From an uncultured bacterium (lineage in GTDB: Bacteria > Patescibacteriota > Patescibacteriia > UBA1558 > GWA2-36-10): a stretch of DNA of 55,654 bases. The position numbers and the translations under genes were made by a program. Shown here piece by piece: positions 28,203-37,792 of this stretch. Position 1 is the first letter of the stretch. The number at the start of each line of letters is the position of its first letter. Location of the stretch: contig CAINYB010000014.1 of assembly GCA_903855135.1 (NCBI GenBank), positions 1 through 55,654 of the forward strand, written 5' to 3'. The notes under the pieces were generated by a model that ran no database searches, had not been told where the DNA came from, and saw nothing but the letters and a program-made list of their open reading frames with translations.

Positions 28203-30224
28203 ATGCAAATGAAAAAGCAAAATACTATGTGGGTGATTACCCTGAGTGTTTTTTTGGTTATTATTTCAGTTGGTGCTTTCTGGCTTAATAAAGTAATAGC
28301 CGCTTCAGCTAAAGATACTCCCCATCAAGCAATTGTGAAGGTGAATACTTATACACTAGACAAGTATAATAATCTTTCTTTGTTTGCTAGTGGCTCTGGT
28401 ATTATTTTTGATGCCAGTGGTCTGGTTTTGACTAATTATCATGTGACGACGATAGAGGAAGAGTTTGATAATACCCAAAAGGAAACTTCATTTCAAATTT
28501 GTTTGACCCAAGATCCTAATCTAGAGCCCAATTGTAATTGGATCGGGCAATTAGTTGCTAAAGATAAAGATTTGGATGTGGCTATTTTACAAATTAAAAA
28601 ACAAAATAGCGATGCTTCAGTAGCAGAAGTTTTTCCTTATCTTGATTTAGACAAATTAAATGCTAGCGTCACTAACGATAAAATTACTGTTTTGGGCTAT
28701 CCTGGTATTGGCGACGAAACTATTACTATCACCGAAGGCATTATCAGTGGCAAAGTAAATAAATATAATAGTGATTGGTTAAAAACTGACGCTGTCATTT
28801 CCTTTGGTAGTTCTGGTGGAGCCGCTATTAATAAATATGGCTACGTCATCGGCTTGATCAGCCAGGCGCATTCTGATTTATTAGGTAGTCTTGGTTATTT
28901 GATAAACATATCTTCTTTACGTAATTGGATTGAAGCCAATAGGGCTAAAGTCAGCCAGCCAGCCTCTTTTGAAAATCGCATTTATGACATCTCCGCTAAA
29001 CAGAAGGCTATTAAAAATGTTAATACTTTCCAAAACGATAAACCCGCTTTTAGTATTACTAAGCCAGCTGATTGGGATTTTTCTTATAAAAATGAAAATT
29101 CTTTGCTGATAAATAAAAAAACTGATGATGATAGCGGTGCGGCCACTGTCGTAGTTTCACCATTTCCAATTTCAATGTCACCTGATTTTGTCATGACAGC
29201 TATTAAGAAAAAATTAGTTGATCTCGGTGCTTTATCTTTATTAAGTATTAATAAAGATGAGGATATAGTGATTAATGGTTTGACTGGCAAAAAAATTACC
29301 TTGTCTATAATGGGAGAAACGGAGAGTATTTATTATTTTGTTTTAGATAATTATCTTTTAGAAGTAAACTATGATTATGGCTATGCTGAAAAAGATAAAA
29401 CGATCATTGACGTGATAATTAATTCTTTAAGTGGTACAGCGGAGCAAGCTATTGCACCAGTATTGCAATACGAAAACAATAGTCCTAAATTTTATTTAAG
29501 CTCCACCCCAGATTGGCCGATCTTAGCGCTTAATACCAAAGAAGATGTAGCAGAGTTATATAATATCAGTGAGCCTAATTCATATATTAGTGTTGACGTC
29601 ACTAAACTGGATAGTTCACAAAAGGCTTTTAATAATGATGATTATTTGGCTTATATTAAGAGCATGATGGAAACAGTAAATTCAGCTGGAGCTATGCTGG
29701 ATATGAAGTTTGAGATTATAGAATCTAACGCTCATTATAAATTGAGTGATGAATTGACTGATACCGTGATGATTCATGGAAAAATTAGCAAACTAAGTAC
29801 CGGTGCAATTTTAGCTTTTGATACTGACTATAGCGTTCGTTCTGGTGATTATTATATTGATATTGATTTGTCGATGTTTACAGATGATGAGGCTAAATTT
29901 CAAACTGTGCTTACTAACACACAGCCTATCTTAGCTTCATTGTCATTGACTGGATTCAAAGATTTAAGTCCAAAGCCAACAGCAGAGGTAATAGCGGTAG
30001 CTACGACAACGCCAAGTTTATTGGCTAAAATCTGGGAGTATAAAATGTTTTTGTTAATAGCTTTGATTTTATTAATTGTTATTATTTTAGTGATAGTTTT
30101 ATTAAAGATAAGAGCAAAGCGTAAAGCGCAGGCTCTGGCAACAGCTCAAGCCGTGATCCCTCAAGCGGCGGTTATGCCAACAGTTACTGTTGATCAAAAT
30201 AATATTAATAACCAATTACAGTAA
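28203..30224 (+). CDS. Membrane-anchored trypsin-like serine protease
   Basis: GSG, LTNYHV, DVAIL, GYPG, GSSGG catalytic motifs; N- and C-terminal hydrophobic helices. Confidence 0.88.
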   Translation: MQMKKQNTMWVITLSVFLVIISVGAFWLNKVIAASAKDTPHQAIVKVNTYTLDKYNNLSLFASGSGIIFDASGLVLTNYHVTTIEEEFDNTQKETSFQICLTQDPNLEPNCNWIGQLVAKDKDLDVAILQIKKQNSDASVAEVFPYLDLDKLNASVTNDKITVLGYPGIGDETITITEGIISGKVNKYNSDWLKTDAVISFGSSGGAAINKYGYVIGLISQAHSDLLGSLGYLINISSLRNWIEANRAKVSQPASFENRIYDISAKQKAIKNVNTFQNDKPAFSITKPADWDFSYKNENSLLINKKTDDDSGAATVVVSPFPISMSPDFVMTAIKKKLVDLGALSLLSINKDEDIVINGLTGKKITLSIMGETESIYYFVLDNYLLEVNYDYGYAEKDKTIIDVIINSLSGTAEQAIAPVLQYENNSPKFYLSSTPDWPILALNTKEDVAELYNISEPNSYISVDVTKLDSSQKAFNNDDYLAYIKSMMETVNSAGAMLDMKFEIIESNAHYKLSDELTDTVMIHGKISKLSTGAILAFDTDYSVRSGDYYIDIDLSMFTDDEAKFQTVLTNTQPILASLSLTGFKDLSPKPTAEVIAVATTTPSLLAKIWEYKMFLLIALILLIVIILVIVLLKIRAKRKAQALATAQAVIPQAAVMPTVTVDQNNINNQLQ

Positions 30225-30234
30225 AATTTAATTT

Positions 30235-30264
30235 AAAACACCCCGGCATCCGCCGGGGTGTTTT
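30235..30264 (+). terminator. Intrinsic terminator (possibly bidirectional)
   Basis: AAAACACCCCGGC-ATCC-GCCGGGGTGTTTT. Confidence 0.85.
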
Positions 30265-30290
30265 GTGTAATAAATTTATCAAAAAGAAAA

Positions 30291-30363
30291 CCGCCCTGTC
30301 ATCGACTCCGAGGTCTGACGACCTCGTCGCTCAGACTCGAAGAGAGCAAAGTCGAAGGGCGGT
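30291..30363 (+). repeat. Approx. 73 bp nested palindromic element, copy 2
   Basis: CCGCCCTGTCATCGACTCCGAGGTCTGACGACCTCGTCGCTCAGACTCGAAGAGAGCAAAGTCGAAGGGCGGT. Confidence 0.93.
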
Positions 30364-30385
30364 GTAGTGTGACGAGAGCGAGGCG

Positions 30386-30685
30386 TCAGGTGCGCATTTT
30401 CTCCGCCGGAATGAAACGGCGCATGGTCGGCCAGACTTCACAATCTAGACCTAGGTTGAGTTTTTGTAGCTCAATCACAATGCTATCAGCTTCTTCAGTG
30501 TCAGTGGAAGAAACAGCGATGTAAGGAGCGTCGGTTTGCTCACCATCGGCATAAAAAGGAGCAATGTTGTGTGGCGTGATGATGCCGTCTTTCGTCAGCT
30601 TGAGGTTGTGCAGAGCTTCGCCTATGATTATGAAAGCGTGTTCACGCGTTTCATTGTCTGAAGTGAACACATGAATGTTCGGCAT
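30386..30685 (-). CDS. Small protein, possibly tautomerase/MIF superfamily
   Basis: Strong SD AGGAGG; starts MPNIHVFT (Pro after Met); apparent doubled beta-alpha-beta pattern; elevated GC. Confidence 0.55.
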   Translation of the reverse strand: MPNIHVFTSDNETREHAFIIIGEALHNLKLTKDGIITPHNIAPFYADGEQTDAPYIAVSSTDTEEADSIVIELQKLNLGLDCEVWPTMRRFIPAEKMRT

Positions 30686-30770
30686 GCTATCCTCCTGTGG
30701 GTTTGAATGATTTTCATAGCAAAATTACTATATAATATTAATTTTGTCAATATTATCAAATAATCCAGTA

Positions 30771-30797
30771 TAATACCCCCGCGGAGCGGGGGTATTA
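30771..30797. repeat. GC-rich palindrome, CCCGC-N3-GCGGG family
   Basis: TAATACCCCCGC-GGA-GCGGGGGTATTA. Confidence 0.9.
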
Positions 30798-30831
30798 ACT
30801 AAAGAATATTTATCTTAAAAATGAGTTTATC

Positions 30832-30860
30832 TTGACAAAAATTGAATTTTCCCGTATAAT
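30832..30860 (+). promoter_or_regulatory. Sigma70 promoter of typA-rlmN
   Basis: TTGACA, 17 nt, TATAAT. Confidence 0.85.
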
Positions 30861-30883
30861 TTTGGACTATAAAACATTATTAT

Positions 30884-32665
30884 ATGGAAATTAGAAATAT
30901 TGCTATTATTGCGCACGTCGACCACGGTAAAACTGCTATTACTGATGCTTTGTTGCGTCAAACTGGTATGATCAAAGACGCTAACAAAAGTATGGATTCT
31001 AATGCCTTAGAACAAGAGCGTGGTATAACTATTTATGCCAAAAATGCTTCTTTTTTTTATAAAGACACCAAGATAAATATCGTTGATACTCCAGGTCACG
31101 CTGATTTTGGTTCTGAAGTTGAGCGTGTCTTGCGTTCTATTGATTCTGTTATTTTAGTAGTGGATGCTCAAGAAGGTCCCATGCCACAGACTAAATTTGT
31201 CTTGAAAAAGTCTTTAGATCTAGGTTTGAAGCCAATCGTGGTGATTAATAAAATCGATAAACCAGCTGCCAGAATTCCTGAAGTAGAAGAAATGATTTTA
31301 GAATTATTTATGGACTTGGGCGCCAATGATGAACAATTAAATTTTACGACAGTTTATTCTATTGGCATTAAAGGTATTGCTAAAAAATACATGGAAGACG
31401 AGTCAGATAATCTTGATCCATTATTGGAAACTATTTTAGAGCACGTCACTCCCGCCGAGCAAGACACTACTAAAGCTTTACGCATGCAACCATTTAATCT
31501 TGGCTACGATGATTATTTAGGTCGTTTAGCTATTGGTCGTATTTATGAGGGTGTGATCAAGAAAAACCAAAAAGTTTTTGTGAAAAATAATGCTGGTGCA
31601 GTTCGCATAGGCAGTATTACTAAAATTTATACTTTTTCTGGTTTTGAAAGAGTGGAGATAGAGCAAGCTGAAGCTGGTGATTTAGTGATGATCGCTGGAA
31701 TTTCCAATATCGATATCGGCGAAACTATTTGTGAAAATGAAACCCAAGAGGCTTTGCCGGCCATTCATGTTGATGAGCCAACGATTGCTATGCACTTGTT
31801 AGTCAATAATTCTCCTTTTTCCGGGCAGGATGGTAAATTGGTGACTAATAGTCAGATTAAAGAAAGATTAAAAAAAGAATTAGAAATTAATGTGGGTTTA
31901 AAGATTGATTTTTCTTCTTCAGAATATTATCGTATTTATGGTCGTGGTGAAATGCATATCTCTATTTTATTAGAAACTATGCGTCGTGAAGGCTATGAAT
32001 TCCAAGTTTCCCAACCACATGCTATTATTAAAGATATTGCCGGTAAAAAGCACGAGCCTTTTGAGGAAGTCACCATCGATGTGCCAAGTGAAGCTGCTGG
32101 CATCGTGATCGACAAAATGTCTCGTCGTAAAGGCTTGATGACTAAGATTCAGACTGAAGCAATGACACGCTTGATTTTTGAAATTCCTACTAGAGGTTTA
32201 TTAGGCTACAGGGGTGAATTTATTGTTGATACTCGCGGTGAAGGTATTATGGCTTCACAAGGGCTTGGTTTCAAACCTTATGTTGGTCATATGGATCATA
32301 AAAATACTGGTTCAATGGTTTCGATGGCGACTGGTAAAGCTTTAGCTTTTTCTTTATACAATTTACAAACCAGAGGCCAGCTATATATCGGACCAAACAT
32401 TGAAGTTTATGAAGGTATGGTGATCGGTAACACTGCTAAAGGTGAAGAAATGGTAGTCAATCCTATCAAAGGTAAGCAATTAACCAATATGCGTGCTTCT
32501 GGTACCGATGATGCGATTAATTTAGTCGCTCCGATTGAGATCACGATTGAACGTGGTTTAGAGATTATGGCTGATGATGAATATTTAGAAATTACTCCTC
32601 ACAATGTCCGTTTGCGTAAACAAGTTTTAAGGGAAGTAGACAGAGTTAAAAGTCGTAGAAAATAA
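30884..32665 (+). CDS. typA: Translational GTPase TypA/BipA
   Basis: RNIAIIAHVDHGKT, ERGITI, DTPGHADF, GRGEMH, KQLTNMRASGTD. Confidence 0.97.
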   Translation: MEIRNIAIIAHVDHGKTAITDALLRQTGMIKDANKSMDSNALEQERGITIYAKNASFFYKDTKINIVDTPGHADFGSEVERVLRSIDSVILVVDAQEGPMPQTKFVLKKSLDLGLKPIVVINKIDKPAARIPEVEEMILELFMDLGANDEQLNFTTVYSIGIKGIAKKYMEDESDNLDPLLETILEHVTPAEQDTTKALRMQPFNLGYDDYLGRLAIGRIYEGVIKKNQKVFVKNNAGAVRIGSITKIYTFSGFERVEIEQAEAGDLVMIAGISNIDIGETICENETQEALPAIHVDEPTIAMHLLVNNSPFSGQDGKLVTNSQIKERLKKELEINVGLKIDFSSSEYYRIYGRGEMHISILLETMRREGYEFQVSQPHAIIKDIAGKKHEPFEEVTIDVPSEAAGIVIDKMSRRKGLMTKIQTEAMTRLIFEIPTRGLLGYRGEFIVDTRGEGIMASQGLGFKPYVGHMDHKNTGSMVSMATGKALAFSLYNLQTRGQLYIGPNIEVYEGMVIGNTAKGEEMVVNPIKGKQLTNMRASGTDDAINLVAPIEITIERGLEIMADDEYLEITPHNVRLRKQVLREVDRVKSRRK

Positions 32666-32667
32666 AG

Positions 32668-33669
32668 ATGAATTTAGATAATCTATACAAAGTATTAAAA
32701 GATGAGCCTAAGTTTCGTTTGAGTCAGGCTCAAGTTGCAATTTGGCAAAATTTAGTGAGTGACTGGTCCCAAGTCACTACTTTTCCGGCTGCTTTAAAAG
32801 AAAAATTAAATGAAGTTTGTCCTTTGCAGATCGAAGCTGATGTCCATGTCGCTAAAAAAGAAAATAGCACCAAAGCTTTAATTACTTTAGAAGATGGTGC
32901 TAAAATAGAAACTGTTTTATTATCTCACGCTGATGGTCGTCAAACTGTCTGTGTTTCTTCACAGGTCGGCTGTCCTTTGGGTTGTAAGTTTTGTGCGACT
33001 GGTACTTTGGGTTTGACTCGTGATTTGAACTACAATGAGATTTTGATGCAGGTTTTGTTTTTTGCGAGAATATTAAAAAAAGAAAACTCCCGAGTTTCTA
33101 ATGTTGTCTTTATGGGCATGGGCGAGCCATTTTTAAACTATGACAATGTCTGGAAAGCAGTCAAGTATCTCAATGATAAACAAGCTTTAAATATCGGGGC
33201 TAGAAAAATATCTATTTCTACTTCTGGTATTGTGCCAGGCATTGAAAAGCTCGCTAAAGAAAAATTGCAAGTGAATCTCGCTATTTCTTTGCATGCCTCA
33301 AATGATAAGTTACGCAGTGAGCTGATGCGTATCAACAAAAGATTTCCTTTGGCTCAAGTTTTAAAAACCGTGGATGATTATATCAAACAAACTGGTCGTA
33401 AGGTAATGTTTGAATATTTGATGCTCAGGGGTGTCAATGATAGCTTACAGCACGCTGAAGAATTAAGTCGTTTGATGGCCAAACATCTTTATATGGTGAA
33501 TTTGATACCATATAATCCGACTGGAGTTTTTAAGCCATCAGATAGAAGGACGATAGACAGTTTCCGTCGTTATTTAGAGCAAGCTGGCGTCGAAGTGAGT
33601 CAACGATTTACTTATGGTCAAGATATTGATGCTGCTTGTGGCCAATTAGCCAATAAAGCCAGCAAATAA
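32668..33669 (+). CDS. rlmN: Dual-specificity RNA methyltransferase RlmN (radical SAM)
   Basis: CVSSQVGCPLGCKFCATG, FMGMGEP, ISLHA, DIDAACGQL. Confidence 0.96.
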   Translation: MNLDNLYKVLKDEPKFRLSQAQVAIWQNLVSDWSQVTTFPAALKEKLNEVCPLQIEADVHVAKKENSTKALITLEDGAKIETVLLSHADGRQTVCVSSQVGCPLGCKFCATGTLGLTRDLNYNEILMQVLFFARILKKENSRVSNVVFMGMGEPFLNYDNVWKAVKYLNDKQALNIGARKISISTSGIVPGIEKLAKEKLQVNLAISLHASNDKLRSELMRINKRFPLAQVLKTVDDYIKQTGRKVMFEYLMLRGVNDSLQHAEELSRLMAKHLYMVNLIPYNPTGVFKPSDRRTIDSFRRYLEQAGVEVSQRFTYGQDIDAACGQLANKASK

Positions 33670-33698
33670 AAACAAGGTTGTCCGGATCTTGTTTTTTT
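33668..33698 (+). terminator. Probable intrinsic terminator after rlmN
   Basis: AAAAACAAGGT..ATCTTGTTTTT plus T tract. Confidence 0.6.
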
Positions 33699-33728
33699 GT
33701 TAAGCTAAATATATAAAGCAGTTTCGCG

Positions 33729-33818
33729 TATCCCCGCTAGTTTACTCCGTACTTGATACGGGGCGGGGATAAGGTATCTTGAATAGAGTATAAATTCCCC
33801 CGCCTTCGGCGGGGGAAT
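33729..33818. repeat. Two GC-rich hairpin elements, the first nested
   Basis: TATCCCCGC..[CCGTA-CTTGA-TACGG]..GCGGGGATA (33729-71); ATTCCCCCGCC-TTC-GGCGGGGGAAT (33794-818). Confidence 0.8.
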
Positions 33819-33841
33819 AGGTAGTGTTAAATAATAACTTT

Positions 33842-34729
33842 ATGGAATTTAGACCAGAGCTAGAAAAAAGCGAAAAAAATCCAAAACAGGAAGTAGAACA
33901 AGCCTTTGCTGATTTTGAGATTGACCTTGAAGGTATAGACGCTAGTGTTTTAGAGCGCTTGATAGAAATACATAGTGAAGAAGACTCGCATTTTTATGAT
34001 GCAATTGAAATGGCGAAAATGCTTGATAAAAATTGGGAGCATTTAGGTTTAGAAGCTACAGACAAGAAGAAAATGTTAGTTTGCGCTTTATTACATGATG
34101 TTGGTAAGGCTGGTCCAGAAAAAGCATCACCAGAAGCGCGTCAGCTTTGTTTGTGGTTATTTCACAAACAACACCATGTACAAAGTGAGATTGACCTTAG
34201 AGAGCTAAAAGTAATGGATTTTATTAATACCAGTGATTATCCTGATCCAAGCCGAGCCAGAAGTTTATTAACTGCTAAAGATGGTTTGAATATTGTAAAT
34301 TTGGATAATTTAACGATGATTGATTTTTGGCGCATGCATGTTGATTGGACTTATGATATTTTGTCTCAACATTTGAGTCCAGAAGTAGACGAAAAAGTAG
34401 TCGTGATTGCCGCTTCTCATCATTTATTGGATGGTAAAAATCCAGCTGAATTAGCAGAGGATGAAATTCCCGAAGAATCACAGTGGTTAGAAGTGACAGA
34501 AGAGTATCAAGTTTTAACTTTGGTAGATAAATATCAAGCCTTTCGTCAGCGTAGCGCTGTGTCTCATGAAGAAGCTATTGCTTTTTTATTAGCGATGATT
34601 GAAAAAAGTAAATTAAGCGATATTTTAAGAGATAGCTATCGAAAAATTGTGGCTAAGTTTTCAGAAACAGGTTTTATAGCTAATTTTCAAGCTGCTCATG
34701 AAGAAGTACAAGCTAAATATCACGCTTAA
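33842..34729 (+). CDS. HD-domain phosphohydrolase
   Basis: ALLHDVGK, MHVDWTYDIL, ASHH, VDKYQA. Confidence 0.8.
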   Translation: MEFRPELEKSEKNPKQEVEQAFADFEIDLEGIDASVLERLIEIHSEEDSHFYDAIEMAKMLDKNWEHLGLEATDKKKMLVCALLHDVGKAGPEKASPEARQLCLWLFHKQHHVQSEIDLRELKVMDFINTSDYPDPSRARSLLTAKDGLNIVNLDNLTMIDFWRMHVDWTYDILSQHLSPEVDEKVVVIAASHHLLDGKNPAELAEDEIPEESQWLEVTEEYQVLTLVDKYQAFRQRSAVSHEEAIAFLLAMIEKSKLSDILRDSYRKIVAKFSETGFIANFQAAHEEVQAKYHA

Positions 34730-34736
34730 ATCTTTA

Positions 34737-34765
34737 TTGACAAAAATACGTTTTTATGCTATTAT
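34737..34765 (+). promoter_or_regulatory. Sigma70 promoter with extended -10
   Basis: TTGACA, 17 nt, TG-C-TATTAT. Confidence 0.65.
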
Positions 34766-34806
34766 TACATAATTTAGTGGCGAAAAAGCCCATAAATTAT
34801 AAGCAT

Positions 34807-36336
34807 ATGAATAAAATATTGTTTAATTTTAGCCAAAAATTAACTATTACATCTTTAGTGATAAAGGTAGCTTTTTTGTCTGTTTTAGTCTTTTCTTTAC
34901 CACAAAGCGTCAAAGCGACTGAATCTTTAGAGATTTATAATATCGAGATGTCAGTTGACGAAGGTGTGGCGGTGATTTCTTGGCGTACCAATATTAATGC
35001 CACTGGTCGTATTGACTATGGCTTGACCACTGAATACGGTCTTTATATTGATGATACTTCAGCTGACTCTCGTCAACACGAAGTGCATTTAGCTGGTTTA
35101 GAGCGTGATGTGCGCTATCACTTTATGTTGACTTCTCAAGCCAACGGTGAAACTGTTTATACTTATGATAGTATTTTTGATACCGAAGACTTTAGTGATG
35201 GAGAAGCTCCTGTTCTTAGCCGTATCAATCGTCCCTATACTACTGGTACCAGAGTAGTTTTACAATGGGAAACTGATGAGTTGGCTACTTGTAAAGTGTA
35301 TTATGGTACTACTACAGAGTATGGCAAAACTAAAAGTATTTCTGGTAAAAAAGAAATTTTTCAAATCATTATAGATAAATTAGAGCCAGATACTGAATAT
35401 TATTATAAAGTTGAAGCCAAAGATAAATACGGTAACACCAGTTCCAAAATTAATAGTTTCAGAACTTTAGTTAACGATGAAGAAGATAGAGAAGTTTTAG
35501 CTGTTTCTCGTATCACACCGATCACTAATAATGATGAAGGTATTTCTTATACCGCTACTGATGTCACTTGGCGTGCCAATAAATTATCTTCTGGTACCGT
35601 TTATTATGGCACCTCCCCAGATAGATTAAATAAAAAAGTAAATACTGAAAATACTTGGTTGAAAATTGACCAAAGTGTTCATTTGACTAAATTAAAATCA
35701 GATACTTTGTATTATTTCCGTATCGAAGCTAAAGATATTTTTGGTAAAAAAGTAAAATCGCCAATCTTTAGTTTTAAAACTAAATACTTAGCAACGGAAA
35801 TCAAGCCAGCTAGTGTCAATGTCAAAAAATTGTATACTAAAGCTTCAGGTTTATTTAAAACTACCGGTAATCAAATCTTTGCTATTTTGAATAACCAAAA
35901 ATACCGTATTTCAAATTCCGAGATTTTGAAACGTTATGGATATTCTACTAAAAATATTAAAACAACTACTCCGCAAGCTTTAGCTAATATCAAAGACGCT
36001 AAACTTATCAAAGACGCGGTGACGAATAAAGTCTATTATTTGGCTAAAAAAGGTCCAGACAAATATTTAAAACTTTCTATACCAAATCCAACAGTGTTTA
36101 GTTCATATAAAGCCAATAAATGGAGTGATATAGTGACAGTGGCTAGTGAGGATTTAGCTAATTACAATGATGTAAAATTAGTAAAAACTAAAAACAGCAA
36201 AGCTGTCTATTTATTAGTTGGTGGTGTGAAAAAACCATTTACTTCAGCTAAAGAGTTTGAAAGTCAAGGCTATAAATGGTCAGATATTTTAGAAGTCAGT
36301 CAAACTCATTTAGATACTTATCAAACAGCTTCATAA
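34807..36336 (+). CDS. Secreted protein with three fibronectin type III-like domains and C-terminal surface repeats
   Basis: Signal-like N-terminus; W.T..A...YG.T / L..DT.YY motifs x3; KLIKD/KLVKT..VYLL repeats. Confidence 0.8.
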   Translation: MNKILFNFSQKLTITSLVIKVAFLSVLVFSLPQSVKATESLEIYNIEMSVDEGVAVISWRTNINATGRIDYGLTTEYGLYIDDTSADSRQHEVHLAGLERDVRYHFMLTSQANGETVYTYDSIFDTEDFSDGEAPVLSRINRPYTTGTRVVLQWETDELATCKVYYGTTTEYGKTKSISGKKEIFQIIIDKLEPDTEYYYKVEAKDKYGNTSSKINSFRTLVNDEEDREVLAVSRITPITNNDEGISYTATDVTWRANKLSSGTVYYGTSPDRLNKKVNTENTWLKIDQSVHLTKLKSDTLYYFRIEAKDIFGKKVKSPIFSFKTKYLATEIKPASVNVKKLYTKASGLFKTTGNQIFAILNNQKYRISNSEILKRYGYSTKNIKTTTPQALANIKDAKLIKDAVTNKVYYLAKKGPDKYLKLSIPNPTVFSSYKANKWSDIVTVASEDLANYNDVKLVKTKNSKAVYLLVGGVKKPFTSAKEFESQGYKWSDILEVSQTHLDTYQTAS

Positions 36337-36375
36337 AATTTATTTGATGCAAAAATTTTTTTAAATAAACAAGTT

Positions 36376-36410
36376 AAGACTAGCCCCGCGAAGCGGGGCT
36401 AGTCTTTTTT
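36376..36410 (+). terminator. Terminator built on a CCCGC-GAA-GCGGG hairpin
   Basis: AAGACTAGCCCCGC-GAA-GCGGGGCTAGTCTT then T tract. Confidence 0.85.
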
Positions 36411-36445
36411 TATTTTATATTGTATAATGCATTTACAATTAAATA

Positions 36446-36550
36446 AATTATCAAGAGTGCGGTGAGAGTTTTGGCTCTGCGACCCGCCAGCAACCATCTT
36501 TTTATAAAGAACGGTGCTAAATCCAACCCAAGCTTTTGGGGTAGATAATG
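36446..36550 (+). ncRNA. SAM-I (S-box) riboswitch
   Basis: TTATCAAGAG..GAGAG..TGGCTCT..GA..CAGCAACC..GGTGCTAAATCC..AGATAAT; ATTATC/GATAAT P1; upstream of metK. Confidence 0.92.
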
Positions 36551-36563
36551 AAGATCACATTAA

Positions 36564-36594
36564 CTTTCCTTAAGATTTTGGGGAAAGATTTTTT
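36564..36594 (+). terminator. Riboswitch expression-platform terminator
   Basis: CTTTCCTTAA..TTGGGGAAAG followed by T tract. Confidence 0.7.
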
Positions 36595-36614
36595 AATTAT
36601 TAAGGAAAAATTTT

Positions 36615-37622
36615 ATGCTCAAAACAGCAGAAAATGTATCTTGGGGACACCCAGATAAAGTGTGTGATCAAATTTCTGACGCTATTTTAGATGAGTGTCT
36701 CAAGCAAGATCCAAATAGTCGTGTAGCTGTCGAAACTATGGGTGGCCATGGTAAGCTTTTTATTTTAGGCGAAGTGACAACTTACGCCGACTTTGATCCA
36801 GAAAAAATCGCAAGAGAAGTTTATCGAGAAATTGGCTATGAAGACGAGTTAGAGATCAAAGCTTATTTAGTGAAGCAAAGTTCAGACATTGCTCAAGGTG
36901 TTGATCTCGGTGGTGCCGGTGACCAAGGCATCATGGTCGGCTATGCAACTAATGAGACAACAGAGCTTTTGCCTTTAGAACATGTTTTAGCTACTAAACT
37001 CATTCGTCATTTAGAGGAGCTGAGAGCAGACAAAAATAATCAACTGGCGCAATTTTTATTACCAGACGCTAAAGCGCAAGTGACGCTTGATGGAGAGAAA
37101 ATAAAAACTGTAGTTTTATCTACTCAACATCGTGATAATATCAGCACAGAAGTTTTGCGTGATTTAGTGATCAAAGAAGTGATTAAGCCGATTATTCCAG
37201 CTTATGAGCAAGTGTTTATCAATCCAACTGGCATTTTTTTACAAGGTGGCTTTAGTGCGGATACTGGTTTGACTGGTCGTAAAATCACTGCTGATAATTA
37301 TGGTCCACAAATCCCAGTCGGTGGGGGAGCTTTTTCTGGCAAAGATGCAAGCAAAGTCGATCGCTCGGCCGCCTATATGGCGAGGTTTTTAGCCGTTGAA
37401 TATTTAAAGAAATATCAAGCCAAAGAAGTGCTAGTAAAACTCGCTTATGCTATCGGCAAAAAGGAGCCAGTAATGTCTACAGCCATGGTAGATAACAAGC
37501 TGATAGAAATCACAGGGTATGATTTATCTCCGCAAGGCATTGTTGATTTTTTACATTTGAAAGAGCCACAATTTAAAAATCGTGCTCGTTTTGGTTTTTT
37601 TCAAGATTTTTTAATAACTTAA
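36615..37622 (+). CDS. metK: S-adenosylmethionine synthetase (bacterial type)
   Basis: GHPDKVCDQISD, GAGDQG, DAKAQVT, DTGLTGRKI, GGGAFSGKD..KVDRS. Confidence 0.97.
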   Translation: MLKTAENVSWGHPDKVCDQISDAILDECLKQDPNSRVAVETMGGHGKLFILGEVTTYADFDPEKIAREVYREIGYEDELEIKAYLVKQSSDIAQGVDLGGAGDQGIMVGYATNETTELLPLEHVLATKLIRHLEELRADKNNQLAQFLLPDAKAQVTLDGEKIKTVVLSTQHRDNISTEVLRDLVIKEVIKPIIPAYEQVFINPTGIFLQGGFSADTGLTGRKITADNYGPQIPVGGGAFSGKDASKVDRSAAYMARFLAVEYLKKYQAKEVLVKLAYAIGKKEPVMSTAMVDNKLIEITGYDLSPQGIVDFLHLKEPQFKNRARFGFFQDFLIT

Positions 37623-37792
37623 TATTTTAGCTAATATTAGCCAATATTTTTTTATACAAAATAAACTATTTGACAGACTGATAATTTTAGTTCTATGCTT
37701 TCTTTGATTTTGCTAGGGAATATTCACAAAAGATCAAAAATGTGCTAGTATATTAAGGTAATTATTAATAATTAATAAGTAAAAGAAACAAT

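Noticed and set aside
30258-30524. 88 aa + strand ORF
   Set aside because: Runs through a terminator and the palindromic element and is antisense to a gene with a strong SD
37622-37648. TTAGCCAATATT shared with 12981-12992 as a regulatory motif
   Set aside because: Short, AT-rich and only two occurrences noticed; could be chance
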